Origin: Gemmata obscuriglobus
GTDB lineage: Bacteria > Planctomycetota > Planctomycetia > Gemmatales > Gemmataceae
Direction of reading: 5' to 3'
NCBI RefSeq assembly: GCF_008065095.1
Contig: NZ_CP042911.1
Coordinates: 4,470,001 to 4,502,000, forward strand
DNA: 32,000 nt
This document shows, piece by piece, positions 24,275-32,000 of this stretch. The notes under the pieces were generated by a model. That model was not told the DNA's origin. It worked only from the letters and a program-made list of their open reading frames with translations, and ran no database searches. The stretch's first letter is position 1. Every line of letters begins with the position of its first letter. The position numbers and the translations under genes are program-made.

Positions 24275-24311
24275 ACGAAAGCGGTTCCGCTGCGGCCGGA
24301 CCGTCTTTCGT
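24275..24311 (+). promoter_or_regulatory. Leader hairpin immediately upstream of the SD of the VIT-VWA gene
   Basis: ACGAAAGCGGTTCCGC-TGCG-GCCGGACCGTCTTTCGT gives about 15 bp with bulges. SD GGAGG is at 24314-24318 and ATG at 24327. Confidence 0.3.
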
Positions 24312-24326
24312 TCGGAGGTGTTTCAC

Positions 24327-26792
24327 ATGCGGTTCCTGCGAATCCCTCTCTCGGTGCTCGCGATCGCGCTTCTCGGCGCGACGCCCGCAGGTGCGGCCGG
24401 CATCTTGATCCCTGAAGACAAGAAGTTGCCGCCGCTCGCGATGGTGAAACACAAGGTTACTGTCGTCATCGACGAGCAGGTGGCACTGACCACGGTTGAG
24501 CAGACGTTCCGTAACCACACCGACCGCAATCTAGAAGCCACTTACCTGTTCCCGGTGCCGAAGGGCGCCAGCGTGGACCGGTTTACGATGTGGGTGAACG
24601 GTAAGGAACTCGGCGGCGAGTTACTCGACGCCAAGCACGCGCACAAGGTGTACACCGATGTGGTGCGCCGCACCCAGGACCCAGGACTGCTGGAATACCT
24701 GGGTAACAGCCTGATGAAACTGAGCGTGTTCCCGATTCCCCCGAAGGGCGACCAGAAGATCAAGCTCGCGTACAAGTTCGTTGCTCCGAAAGACGGCAGC
24801 GTCGTCGAGTACGTGTACCCGCTGAAGACGGACGGGAAGGCCACCCGCACTTTGGAAGAGTTTTCGGTGAGCCTCACCATCAAGTCGAGACACGCCGTGC
24901 AGAACGTGTACAGCCCGACACACGCCGTCAACACCGTCCGAAAGAGCGACAAAGAGGTGAGCGTCACGTTCGAGCGAAAGCAGGCGCTCCTCGACAAGGA
25001 TTTTCAGCTCTTCTACGGCCACGGTGACAAGGACATCGGCCTCAGTCCCCTCGTTTACAAGCCGATTCAGACCGAGGACGGCTACTTCATGTTCCTGATC
25101 TCGCCGCAAGTAGAAGCGGAAAAGAAGCGCGTGGCCCGCGATCTCGTGCTCGTGCTCGACACCTCGAGCAGCATGTCGGACATCAAGATGCAGCAGGCGA
25201 AGAAGGCGGTGAAGTTCTGCCTGTCGCAACTCCAGCCCGAGGACCGGTTCGGCGTGGTCCGGTTCTCGACCACGGTAACCAAGTTTCGGTCCGAGCTGGT
25301 GGCGGCCAACACGGATTACCTCGATCTCGCAACCAAGTGGATAGACGGACTGAAGACCAGCGGCGGTACCGCGATCTGGCCCGCGCTCAACGACGCCCTT
25401 GCAATGCGGTCCAGCGACCCGTCCCGCCCGTTCACGATGGTGTTTTTCACGGACGGGCAACCGACCGTGGACGAAACGAACGCCGACAAGATCGTAAAAA
25501 ACGTCCTCGCCAAAAACACCGGTAACACTCGCATCTTCACGTTTGGCGTGGGGGATGATGTCAACGCCGCAATGCTCGATCAACTGGCCGATTCGACCCG
25601 GGCCGTCAGCACTTACGTTCGCGAGGCCGAGGACATTGAGGTGAAGGTGTCGGGCCTGTACGCGAAGATCAGCAACCCCGTACTCACGGACGTGCAACTG
25701 GCAACTAGCGAGAACGTGCAGCTCCACGAGATCTATCCGCCCAAACTGCCGGACCTGTTCCAGGGAACGCAGCTCGTCGTGATCGGGCGTTACACGGGGG
25801 AGGGCCCGTCGGTCATTCGACTGACGGGTCTCGTCGGGAAGGAGCGACAGGAACTCGTTTACGAGTTCAATTTCCCCGGGAAAACCGAGAGCGACGTCGG
25901 AAAGGACTTCGTGGAGCCGCTGTGGGCGCGGCGCAAGGTGGGATACATCCTCGATCAGATCCGCGTGAACGGGGAAAAGAAGGAGCTGGTTGACGAAGTC
26001 GTTATGCTTGCGAAGAGGTACGGGATCGCGACACCGTACACATCGCACTTGGTGGTGCCCGACAGCGCGATGCCGGTGGTTTCCCCTGTGCCGGTGAGGG
26101 GCGGTGTCGCCAACGAGCCGGCGCCGCTTGCAGCGCCGGTCGCCGCGGCCGGCGGATTTGCTCCGGGTCTTGCTACCGGTTCGATAGGCAAGCCAGGACG
26201 TGTTGAGGATTTCGCAAAAGAGCAAGCGAAGGGCGAAAAGGGCGATGGGAAGGCGCTGGCAGCGAATCGCGGACTGGAAACCGAGCGCCAGGTGAAGGAC
26301 GCGCTGAAGAGCCTGAACGCGAACGCAGATCCTGCTCAGCGGGCTCGGTTGGCAGATGAGATCAAGAAATTGGCCGTCCAGAAAAAGACCTGGGACGACT
26401 CCAGCTCAGCCCTCAGGGGGCGTGAAAGGGGGGCCTACCAGTCGGGACAACTCGGCGTCGATTTGTCGTGCGCCGCCAACAACCTCCGCAACCAGCATCG
26501 CGTGAGTTTGACCGCGAACCGACAGGTGCAGGGCCGCAACTGTCTCGAGATCGGTGGCGTGTGGATCGACGACGGATTTCAGCCAAACACGAAGGTTGTA
26601 ACCGTGAAGGCCCATAGCGACGCGTATTTCCGCGTCCTGGAGAAGCAACCGCAGATGAAAGACGTGTTCCTGCTGGGGAATCACCTCGTGTGGGTGACGC
26701 CGAGCGGGACGGCACTCGTTGTCGATCTGAGCGAAGGCCAGGAAAAGATCGAAGACAACGAGATTGACGCTTTATTTGTCGGGAAGTCTTGA
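24327..26792 (+). CDS. Secreted VIT-domain + von Willebrand factor A-domain protein
   Basis: Signal peptide MRFLRIPLSVLAIALLGATPAGAAG. VIT-like LPPLAMVKHKVTVVIDEQVALTTVEQTFRN..ATYLFPVP. VWA MIDAS motif LVLDTSSSM and ..GGTAIWPAL. The start is taken at ATG 24327 (GGAGG 8 nt upstream) rather than GTG 24318. Confidence 0.85.
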   Translation: MRFLRIPLSVLAIALLGATPAGAAGILIPEDKKLPPLAMVKHKVTVVIDEQVALTTVEQTFRNHTDRNLEATYLFPVPKGASVDRFTMWVNGKELGGELLDAKHAHKVYTDVVRRTQDPGLLEYLGNSLMKLSVFPIPPKGDQKIKLAYKFVAPKDGSVVEYVYPLKTDGKATRTLEEFSVSLTIKSRHAVQNVYSPTHAVNTVRKSDKEVSVTFERKQALLDKDFQLFYGHGDKDIGLSPLVYKPIQTEDGYFMFLISPQVEAEKKRVARDLVLVLDTSSSMSDIKMQQAKKAVKFCLSQLQPEDRFGVVRFSTTVTKFRSELVAANTDYLDLATKWIDGLKTSGGTAIWPALNDALAMRSSDPSRPFTMVFFTDGQPTVDETNADKIVKNVLAKNTGNTRIFTFGVGDDVNAAMLDQLADSTRAVSTYVREAEDIEVKVSGLYAKISNPVLTDVQLATSENVQLHEIYPPKLPDLFQGTQLVVIGRYTGEGPSVIRLTGLVGKERQELVYEFNFPGKTESDVGKDFVEPLWARRKVGYILDQIRVNGEKKELVDEVVMLAKRYGIATPYTSHLVVPDSAMPVVSPVPVRGGVANEPAPLAAPVAAAGGFAPGLATGSIGKPGRVEDFAKEQAKGEKGDGKALAANRGLETERQVKDALKSLNANADPAQRARLADEIKKLAVQKKTWDDSSSALRGRERGAYQSGQLGVDLSCAANNLRNQHRVSLTANRQVQGRNCLEIGGVWIDDGFQPNTKVVTVKAHSDAYFRVLEKQPQMKDVFLLGNHLVWVTPSGTALVVDLSEGQEKIEDNEIDALFVGKS

Positions 26793-26808
26793 CTGGTGCA
26801 ATCGGTAA

Positions 26809-26846
26809 AATCGGCGCCCGCCGCTTTTTTGCCGCGGGTGCCGATT
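26809..26846 (+). terminator. 16-bp hairpin after the VIT-VWA gene
   Basis: AATCGGCGCCCGCCGC-TTTTTT-GCCGCGGGTGCCGATT (14 Watson-Crick pairs, 1 G-U, 1 mismatch). It starts 17 nt after the stop. The T-run is in the loop, not the tail. Confidence 0.4.
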
Positions 26847-26861
26847 GTAGTGCATTCAAGA

Positions 26862-26881
26862 CCGATAATAAAAGTTATGTA
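26862..26881 (+). promoter_or_regulatory. Shared AT-rich motif CCGATAAT-N5-TTATGTA, copy A
   Basis: CCGATAATaaaagTTATGTA lies about 200 nt upstream of ATG 27081. The same 8+7 nt at identical spacing recur at 30979-30998. Confidence 0.35.
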
Positions 26882-27080
26882 ATGTTTTCGCCCAATAATT
26901 AACCGAGACGGGAAGTTGCATTTAGCCTCCGTTTCCCTTAGAGGAGGGAGGCTTGCTCCGACGACCCAGACCAAAGCCCAGAACGGCCTTACAAGGGGAA
27001 AGGGCGCGCTTTCTCATGGCATTTCACGTTGCAAAGTGGCAGAATCCTAAACGGTTCATCTGTACCTGGAGCCAAAGAAA

Positions 27081-27938
27081 ATGCAAGCAGGGCACCTCTC
27101 CCGCCGCTCGTTTCTCGCTGCCGCCGCCAGCACGAGTTGTTTGATGACTTCACGGTCGCTTCAAGCGGCGCCGGACTTTGGTGGATTTACTGTCGGCGTG
27201 CAGAGCTATACCTTTCGTAACTTCGACCTGGAAGGCATGCTAAAACGCACGAAACAGCTCGGCCTCAAACACGCAGAGTTTTTCTCGAAGCACATCCCAA
27301 CCGACTCCACGCCCGAGAAACTGACCGCAATTCTCAAACTCTGCAAAGAGTACGAAGTCACCCCGATTGGTTTCGGCGTATCAGGGTTCAGCAAGAACCA
27401 CGACGCCAACAGGAAGCTGTTCGAGTTCGGAAAGGCCATTGGTGCAAATTACCTCAGCGCCGATCCTTCAATGGACAGCTTCGACAGCCTCGACAAGCTC
27501 TGTGAGGAGTACAAAATCGCGATCGCGATTCATCCGCATGGTCCGGTGGGGAAGGGACGCCACCAGTGGTGTTCGGCGGAAGTGATCCTGAGAGCTGTTA
27601 AGGACCACCACAAGCTTATCGGAACCTGCCTCGATACCGGGCACCTGTTGCGGATGGAGCAGCTCGGCGAGAAACTGGACCCGGCGGAACAGATCAAGCT
27701 GATGGGGGAACGCAACTTCGCCTTGCACCTCAAGGACTACGACAACAAAAAACGGGAAGACGTGCCCTTCGGTGATCCCGCGGGGCAGTTGGACGTTCAG
27801 GCAGTTCTAAAGGCTCTCAAGTCCGCAAAGTTCACTGGACATATTGCGATCGAGTACGAGGCCAACCCAGACGACCCGGCTCCGGATGTCAAGAAGTGCA
27901 TCGCGCACCTGAAAAACGCTGCCGAGAAGCTGGGTTGA
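27081..27938 (+). CDS. TAT-signal sugar phosphate isomerase/epimerase (xylose isomerase-like TIM barrel)
   Basis: Twin-arginine signal MQAGHLSRRSFLAAAAS. Family-like motifs AIHPHG, LDTGHL, ALHLKD and IAIEYE. Confidence 0.8.
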   Translation: MQAGHLSRRSFLAAAASTSCLMTSRSLQAAPDFGGFTVGVQSYTFRNFDLEGMLKRTKQLGLKHAEFFSKHIPTDSTPEKLTAILKLCKEYEVTPIGFGVSGFSKNHDANRKLFEFGKAIGANYLSADPSMDSFDSLDKLCEEYKIAIAIHPHGPVGKGRHQWCSAEVILRAVKDHHKLIGTCLDTGHLLRMEQLGEKLDPAEQIKLMGERNFALHLKDYDNKKREDVPFGDPAGQLDVQAVLKALKSAKFTGHIAIEYEANPDDPAPDVKKCIAHLKNAAEKLG

Positions 27939-28055
27939 CTGCCCACTGCGCGTGTCACCCGCTGCGCCGTACAATTAAGGGTAAGCGTTGCGCCCCGCCA
28001 GACCTATTGGCGAGTGCGCGTGCTTACCTCTTCCACTCTCCTTGGGCACGCGCGT

Positions 28056-28985
28056 ATGACGGCCGAGGATATCGCGAGCTTACGCCAGAGACGCTACAAC
28101 GCGACTGTCGTTTCGCTCCGGCTGGTCAACCCGGATCTGATGATTCTTCGCGTGAAACCGGACGCCCCGCGGCCCGAACACCGGCCCGGGCAGTACTGCA
28201 CTCTGGGGCTCGGATATTGGGAACGGCGCACCGAAGGGTGCCAAGCGGAATCACTCAGCGAAGGAGATTTCACGAAAGTTGTGCGTCGAGCGTATTCCCT
28301 GAGTTGCGGCATTCTGGACGACGACGGCGACCTCCTGCGACTCGAGGACAGCGACTGGCTCGAGTTCTACATCGTACTTGTTCGAGAAAACCCGGACGGG
28401 CGGGTTCCGGCGTTAACGCCGCGGCTGTTCGCGCTCAGCGAAGGGGACCGCATTTACCTCGGTGATCGAGTGACCGGCCATTACACACTCGACCCAGTGA
28501 GGCCCTGCGACACCGTGCTGTTTCTCGGTACAGGGACCGGTGAAGCGCCACATAACTACATGACGTGGGAACTACTTAGCCGAAGACACACTGGAAAGAT
28601 TGTTAACGTCTGTTGTGTACGATACGCACGGGATTTGGGCTACCACAATACCCACCAATTGCTGGCCCAGAAGTTTCCGAACTATTCGTACATACCTTTG
28701 ACGACGCGCGAACTGGGTAACACGCGAAAGTTGTACATTCAGGATCTGGTTCAGAGCGGAGAACTCGAACGTCACCTCGGAACCGAACTCGATCCGGCAA
28801 CAACTCACGTCTTCTTGTGCGGTAACCCGAGGATGATCGGGGTTCCCGTGCATGACCGGGACAGCGGTGAGGTGAGGTATCCGTCACCGGTCGGGACCGT
28901 CGAAATTCTGGAAGCGCGGGGTTTCACGGCCGATGTCGCGGCCCGGAAACTCAAAGGCAACGTCCACTTTGAAGAATACTGGTGA
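28056..28985 (+). CDS. Ferredoxin-NADP(+) reductase-type flavoprotein
   Basis: RRAYSLS (RxYS FAD motif), LFLGTGTGEAP (NADP-binding motif), VFLCGNPRMI, and a C-terminal HFEEYW. The ORF track starts at GTG 28014; ATG 28056 (MTAEDIASL) is preferred, but the start is uncertain. Confidence 0.75.
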   Translation: MTAEDIASLRQRRYNATVVSLRLVNPDLMILRVKPDAPRPEHRPGQYCTLGLGYWERRTEGCQAESLSEGDFTKVVRRAYSLSCGILDDDGDLLRLEDSDWLEFYIVLVRENPDGRVPALTPRLFALSEGDRIYLGDRVTGHYTLDPVRPCDTVLFLGTGTGEAPHNYMTWELLSRRHTGKIVNVCCVRYARDLGYHNTHQLLAQKFPNYSYIPLTTRELGNTRKLYIQDLVQSGELERHLGTELDPATTHVFLCGNPRMIGVPVHDRDSGEVRYPSPVGTVEILEARGFTADVAARKLKGNVHFEEYW

Positions 28986-28994
28986 GGATACGGG

Positions 28995-29864
28995 ATGGCG
29001 GAAATCAACACGACGCTTGCCGGCTACCGGTTGCGGACACTGCTACAAACCGGACAAACGTCGCAGGTGTTTGAAGTAGTCGAGCTGCAGAGCAACCGAC
29101 ACTTCGCGATGAAGATCCTGCTGCCGGAAGCCGCAGACAATCCCGAGCAGCGCCGCATCCTCTTCAACGAGGCCGAGGTCGGGACTCAACTCACGCACCC
29201 GAACGTCATCCGCATTACCAAAGTGAACCGGTCGAAGGAAAGCCCTCACTTTATTATGGAGTTTTTTCCGTCGGGAAGCTTGCGGATCAAACTTCAGGCC
29301 AAAGATTTCAGTTTCGTCAAGGAGCACGCCCGCAAGATCTTCAAGGGCGCTGCAACCGGACTCGCCTACATGAACGCGTCCGGATTCGTTCACCGGGACG
29401 TCAAGCCCGACAACATGCTCGTGAACGCTTTGGGCGACACAAAGATCATTGACTTTGCTATTACCAAGAAAATTCCCACTGGCTTTGCGAAGTGGTTTTA
29501 CCGCCCCGGCAAACCTCAGGGAACGCCAAGTTTCATGAGCCCTGAACAGATCAAGGACGAGAAATTAGACGGCCGGGCCGACATCTACAGCTACGGTTGT
29601 ACGCTCTACGAGTTGACAACTGGTCGGCCGCCGTTTCGTGGCACGTCGATGAACGACCTTCTCGGCCGCCACTTCACAGAAAAGCCCGCGCCTCCGTCGA
29701 TGTACAACCCGGATCTGACCGACGAGTTTTCCGCGTTCGTGTTGAAAATGCTTGCGAAGAAACGGACGGACCGGCCGGAACACTTCCACGAAGTGCTGAT
29801 GGAACTTCGGAAGGTTAAGCAGATATACAAGTCCGTGGTGGAAAAAGATACCGAGGACATGTAG
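28995..29864 (+). CDS. Stand-alone Hanks-type Ser/Thr protein kinase (kinase domain only)
   Basis: FAMKIL (catalytic Lys), VHRDVKPDNML, IDFA (in place of DFG), GTPSFMSPEQ and DIYSYGCTLYELTTGRPPF. GAGGA lies upstream of the ATG. It begins 9 nt after the reductase stop. Confidence 0.85.
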   Translation: MAEINTTLAGYRLRTLLQTGQTSQVFEVVELQSNRHFAMKILLPEAADNPEQRRILFNEAEVGTQLTHPNVIRITKVNRSKESPHFIMEFFPSGSLRIKLQAKDFSFVKEHARKIFKGAATGLAYMNASGFVHRDVKPDNMLVNALGDTKIIDFAITKKIPTGFAKWFYRPGKPQGTPSFMSPEQIKDEKLDGRADIYSYGCTLYELTTGRPPFRGTSMNDLLGRHFTEKPAPPSMYNPDLTDEFSAFVLKMLAKKRTDRPEHFHEVLMELRKVKQIYKSVVEKDTEDM

Positions 29865-29907
29865 CCGCTGAGTACTCGCTGATCAAGGATTTCCAGAAGA
29901 GACCCAT

Positions 29908-30858
29908 ATGATCGCTGACCCGTTACCGTTCGAACAAGATATCCACGAACTGGAACTCGAGCTGATGCGCCTGGAGTCGGCACCAGATGCCGACTCCGGA
30001 GAAACGCTACGGAAACTGAGGCGAGACCTCGCAGCCTTAAAAAAGACACGCTACTCGAACTTGTCGGCGTGGGAAACGGTGCTCGTGTCACGGCACCGAA
30101 ACCGACCACAGTTCCTCGACTACGTTGACATGATCTTCGACGAGTTCGCCGAGTTGCACGGCGACCGCGCGATCGGGGACGACCGTGCGATTCGGGCCGG
30201 CTTCGCGCGTGTGGACGGCCATAAGGTCATGCTCATCGGTCATCAGAAAGGCAAAACCTTGGCCGAGCGCCAGCAGTGTTACTACGGCTGCGCGCACCCG
30301 GAGGGCTATCGCAAGGCGCTAGCAAAGATGCACCTCGCGTCAAAGTATCGTCTGCCAATCGTCTGCCTGATCGACACTCCGGGAGCGTTCCCTGGGATTG
30401 GTGCGGAAGAGCGCGGGCAGTCGCAGTTGATCGCAACAAGTATTATCGAGATGACCAAATTGGCAACGCCGATCGTTTGTGTTGTGATCGGTGAGGGGGG
30501 CTCAGGCGGGGCACTTGGGATCGGCGTTGGAGATTCGATCGGGATGCTCCAGCACGCCTACTATTCAGTCATCAGCCCAGAGGGATGCGCCGGGATTTTG
30601 TGGAAGGTGGCGACCGACGAAACCAAACCGAAAGCAGCAGAAGCTCTGCGCCTAACGGCGAAAGACTTGAGCCGCGTGGGTGTTATCGACACAGTGGTCG
30701 AGGAGCCGCTAGGCGGCGCACACCGTGACCCACGTGGCATGGGCGGCATCCTCAAATCACACCTGTCACGGGAACTGCGGCGGCTTTCGACGTTATCGGA
30801 TAGCGCGCTTCTGGAAGAACGCTATGGCAAATTTCGGCGAATGGGCTTCTTCTCGTAG
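29908..30858 (+). CDS. accA: Acetyl-CoA carboxylase carboxyltransferase subunit alpha
   Basis: LSAWETVLVSRHRNRPQFLDY, GFARVDGHKVMLIGHQKG, IDTPGAFPGIGAEERGQS, VVIGEGGSGGAL and VISPEGCAGILWK. Confidence 0.9.
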   Translation: MIADPLPFEQDIHELELELMRLESAPDADSGETLRKLRRDLAALKKTRYSNLSAWETVLVSRHRNRPQFLDYVDMIFDEFAELHGDRAIGDDRAIRAGFARVDGHKVMLIGHQKGKTLAERQQCYYGCAHPEGYRKALAKMHLASKYRLPIVCLIDTPGAFPGIGAEERGQSQLIATSIIEMTKLATPIVCVVIGEGGSGGALGIGVGDSIGMLQHAYYSVISPEGCAGILWKVATDETKPKAAEALRLTAKDLSRVGVIDTVVEEPLGGAHRDPRGMGGILKSHLSRELRRLSTLSDSALLEERYGKFRRMGFFS

Positions 30859-30866
30859 CATTTAAA

Positions 30867-30910
30867 GCTCGTTTCCAGTTTCGGAGTCTCGACGCGTGCT
30901 GGAAACGAGC
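30867..30910 (+). terminator. Perfect 12-bp hairpin after accA
   Basis: GCTCGTTTCCAG, a 20-nt loop, CTGGAAACGAGC. It starts 9 nt after the stop. There is no U-tract. Confidence 0.4.
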
Positions 30911-30978
30911 GACATCGACATTACATAATATCAATTATCAGACGTGATGACTCGGCAACCAGCTGTGTGGTAGTGAGT

Positions 30979-30998
30979 CCGATAATGATTCTTATGTA
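30979..30998 (+). promoter_or_regulatory. Shared AT-rich motif CCGATAAT-N5-TTATGTA, copy B
   Basis: CCGATAATgattcTTATGTA lies about 60 nt upstream of ATG 31056. Confidence 0.35.
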
Positions 30999-31055
30999 TT
31001 CTTAACTTTGAATAGCATACTCGCCGAATCTCTCGAGCTCGCTACAACCGCGAGA

Positions 31056-32000
31056 ATGGAAAGCAATTCAACGATGCTCCCGGCCGAGTTGCGCTGCGCA
31101 ATGGTCGGGTTCGGAATGATCTTCGACGAAACGTACCGCCCCGTTTTCGAGAGACGTTGTCACGATCCGCTCTACGCGGTTGAAAGCGGTCCGGTTTACC
31201 TTCGCCTCAGTGCAGTTGCCTCTCGCACAGGCGAGCGTGTGTCACGATTCGTTGCATCAACTCCGATTGCGCCTTTTCAGGGGATTCAGAGTTTCACGGG
31301 TGCCGCGGCGATCGCGGATTTACTCGCCACAGATTGCCACACAGTGTGCGTTGCCACTCCGGACGACAGGCACTTCGAGGCGGCACGTGCCGCACTGATC
31401 GCAAAAAAGCACGTATTGATCGAGAAGCCGTCCGTTCTGTCCCTTCGTGAGCTCGACGAATTAACGCAATTGGCAGCCAAAAATGGTGTCTTGGCCAAAG
31501 TCGTGTACCACAAACTCGCCGACCCGGACCACAAGAAACTCAGGACCCTGTACCAGGACGGCGTTCTGCGGCACGTTAACAACGGCTACTGCACCCTCCT
31601 CGAGCCCAAGTCCATCAGCGGCGGCCAGTTCGCAGAGTGGATCGCCGGCCGAAACCCCGCAACTTACGTCGCGGTCCACTACCTGAAACTCATTGACTTC
31701 ACCTTCGGTCCCGAGTGGTCGCTCTGCCGCGTGTCGGCTACCGGTCAGCGAGGACTCGTTGGGGCAGCAACCGGCACCACCTGGGACTCTGTGCAACTTC
31801 AAATCGTGTACCGGCATCCAGACCAGCGCGAAGCGGCCTTCGACATCCACACGAGTTGGGTCGCGCCAGATAATTTTCCGGGTTACGTTGATCAGGAGGT
31901 GCAATTCCGGTTCGACAACGGCGTTTGGAATGCCCATCAGCGGAAGCGCGGTGTTGAACTCACCGTCGAAAATCGCACCCCTGGCGAACTCAAGTACACT
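31056..32000 (+). CDS. Gfo/Idh/MocA-family NAD(P)-dependent oxidoreductase (C-terminus beyond the window)
   Basis: Hand translation gives MESNSTMLPAELRCAMVGFGMIFDETY...VCVATPDDRHFEAARAALIAKKHVLIEKPSVLSLRELDEL (the classic ..EKP motif). The frame is open for 315 codons to the window end, so it is absent from the ORF track. ATG 31074 is an alternative start. Confidence 0.8.
   Translation, partial: MESNSTMLPAELRCAMVGFGMIFDETYRPVFERRCHDPLYAVESGPVYLRLSAVASRTGERVSRFVASTPIAPFQGIQSFTGAAAIADLLATDCHTVCVATPDDRHFEAARAALIAKKHVLIEKPSVLSLRELDELTQLAAKNGVLAKVVYHKLADPDHKKLRTLYQDGVLRHVNNGYCTLLEPKSISGGQFAEWIAGRNPATYVAVHYLKLIDFTFGPEWSLCRVSATGQRGLVGAATGTTWDSVQLQIVYRHPDQREAAFDIHTSWVAPDNFPGYVDQEVQFRFDNGVWNAHQRKRGVELTVENRTPGELKYT

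Noticed and set aside
24621-26225. 534-aa minus-strand ORF antisense to the VIT-VWA gene; similar cases at 12968-14227, 11990-12712, 545-1324, 3823-4701 and 7628-8533
   Set aside because: The same reasoning applies. The opposite strand carries motif-supported genes, and these translations are low-complexity Arg/Gly/His/Leu strings.
28014-28055. GTG-initiated 14-aa extension (MRVLTSSTLLGHAR) of the reductase ORF
   Set aside because: The ATG at 28056 gives a more typical N-terminus. Neither start has a clear SD, so this is a weak preference rather than a firm rejection.

Overview
32-kb high-GC bacterial chromosomal segment. The gene content suggests Planctomycetota, possibly Gemmataceae-like: a MoxR/DUF58/VWA Bat-like operon, an ECF sigma/anti-sigma pair, a zinc-ribbon membrane protein, a eukaryote-like Ser/Thr kinase, a TAT-signal sugar-phosphate isomerase, a Gfo/Idh/MocA oxidoreductase and Pro-rich secreted proteins. 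This taxonomic call is inference only; no database search was possible. Layout, left to right: (1) 1-434, the N-terminal part of a secreted Pro-rich protein on the minus strand. (2) 532-1783, an ISAs1-family IS with 22-bp inverted repeats, an 8-bp target duplication and a frameshifted transposase. It sits inside the hairpin that follows the upstream operon. (3) 1831-10382, a seven-gene, translationally coupled minus-strand operon: MoxR AAA+, DUF58, a membrane protein, BatA-like VWA, BatB-like VWA, a TPR-like protein with a (GE)n(GK)n tail, and a 1003-aa membrane-anchored protein. (4) 10383-11279, a gap of about 900 bp with no convincing gene. (5) A zinc-ribbon membrane protein (minus strand) divergent from an 839-aa secreted protein whose C-terminal alpha/beta-hydrolase-like domain appears to lack the nucleophile serine. 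(6) 14590-21741, a single 2383-aa ORF encoding two complete UvrA units in tandem plus a ~370-aa C-terminal extension made of two copies of a domain I cannot place. An in-frame insertion in this ORF carries two copies of a 20-nt palindromic repeat. This is the stand-out feature of the window. (7) 22025-26792, an ECF sigma, an anti-sigma and a secreted VIT-VWA protein. (8) 27-32 kb, a lower-GC block with a TAT sugar-phosphate isomerase/epimerase, a tight ferredoxin-NADP reductase / Ser-Thr kinase / accA cluster, and a partial Gfo/Idh/MocA oxidoreductase. Two AT-rich intergenic islands in this block share a CCGATAAT-N5-TTATGTA motif. No rRNA, tRNA or CRISPR array was seen. All family assignments rest on motifs recognised by eye and should be confirmed with HMM or BLAST searches.
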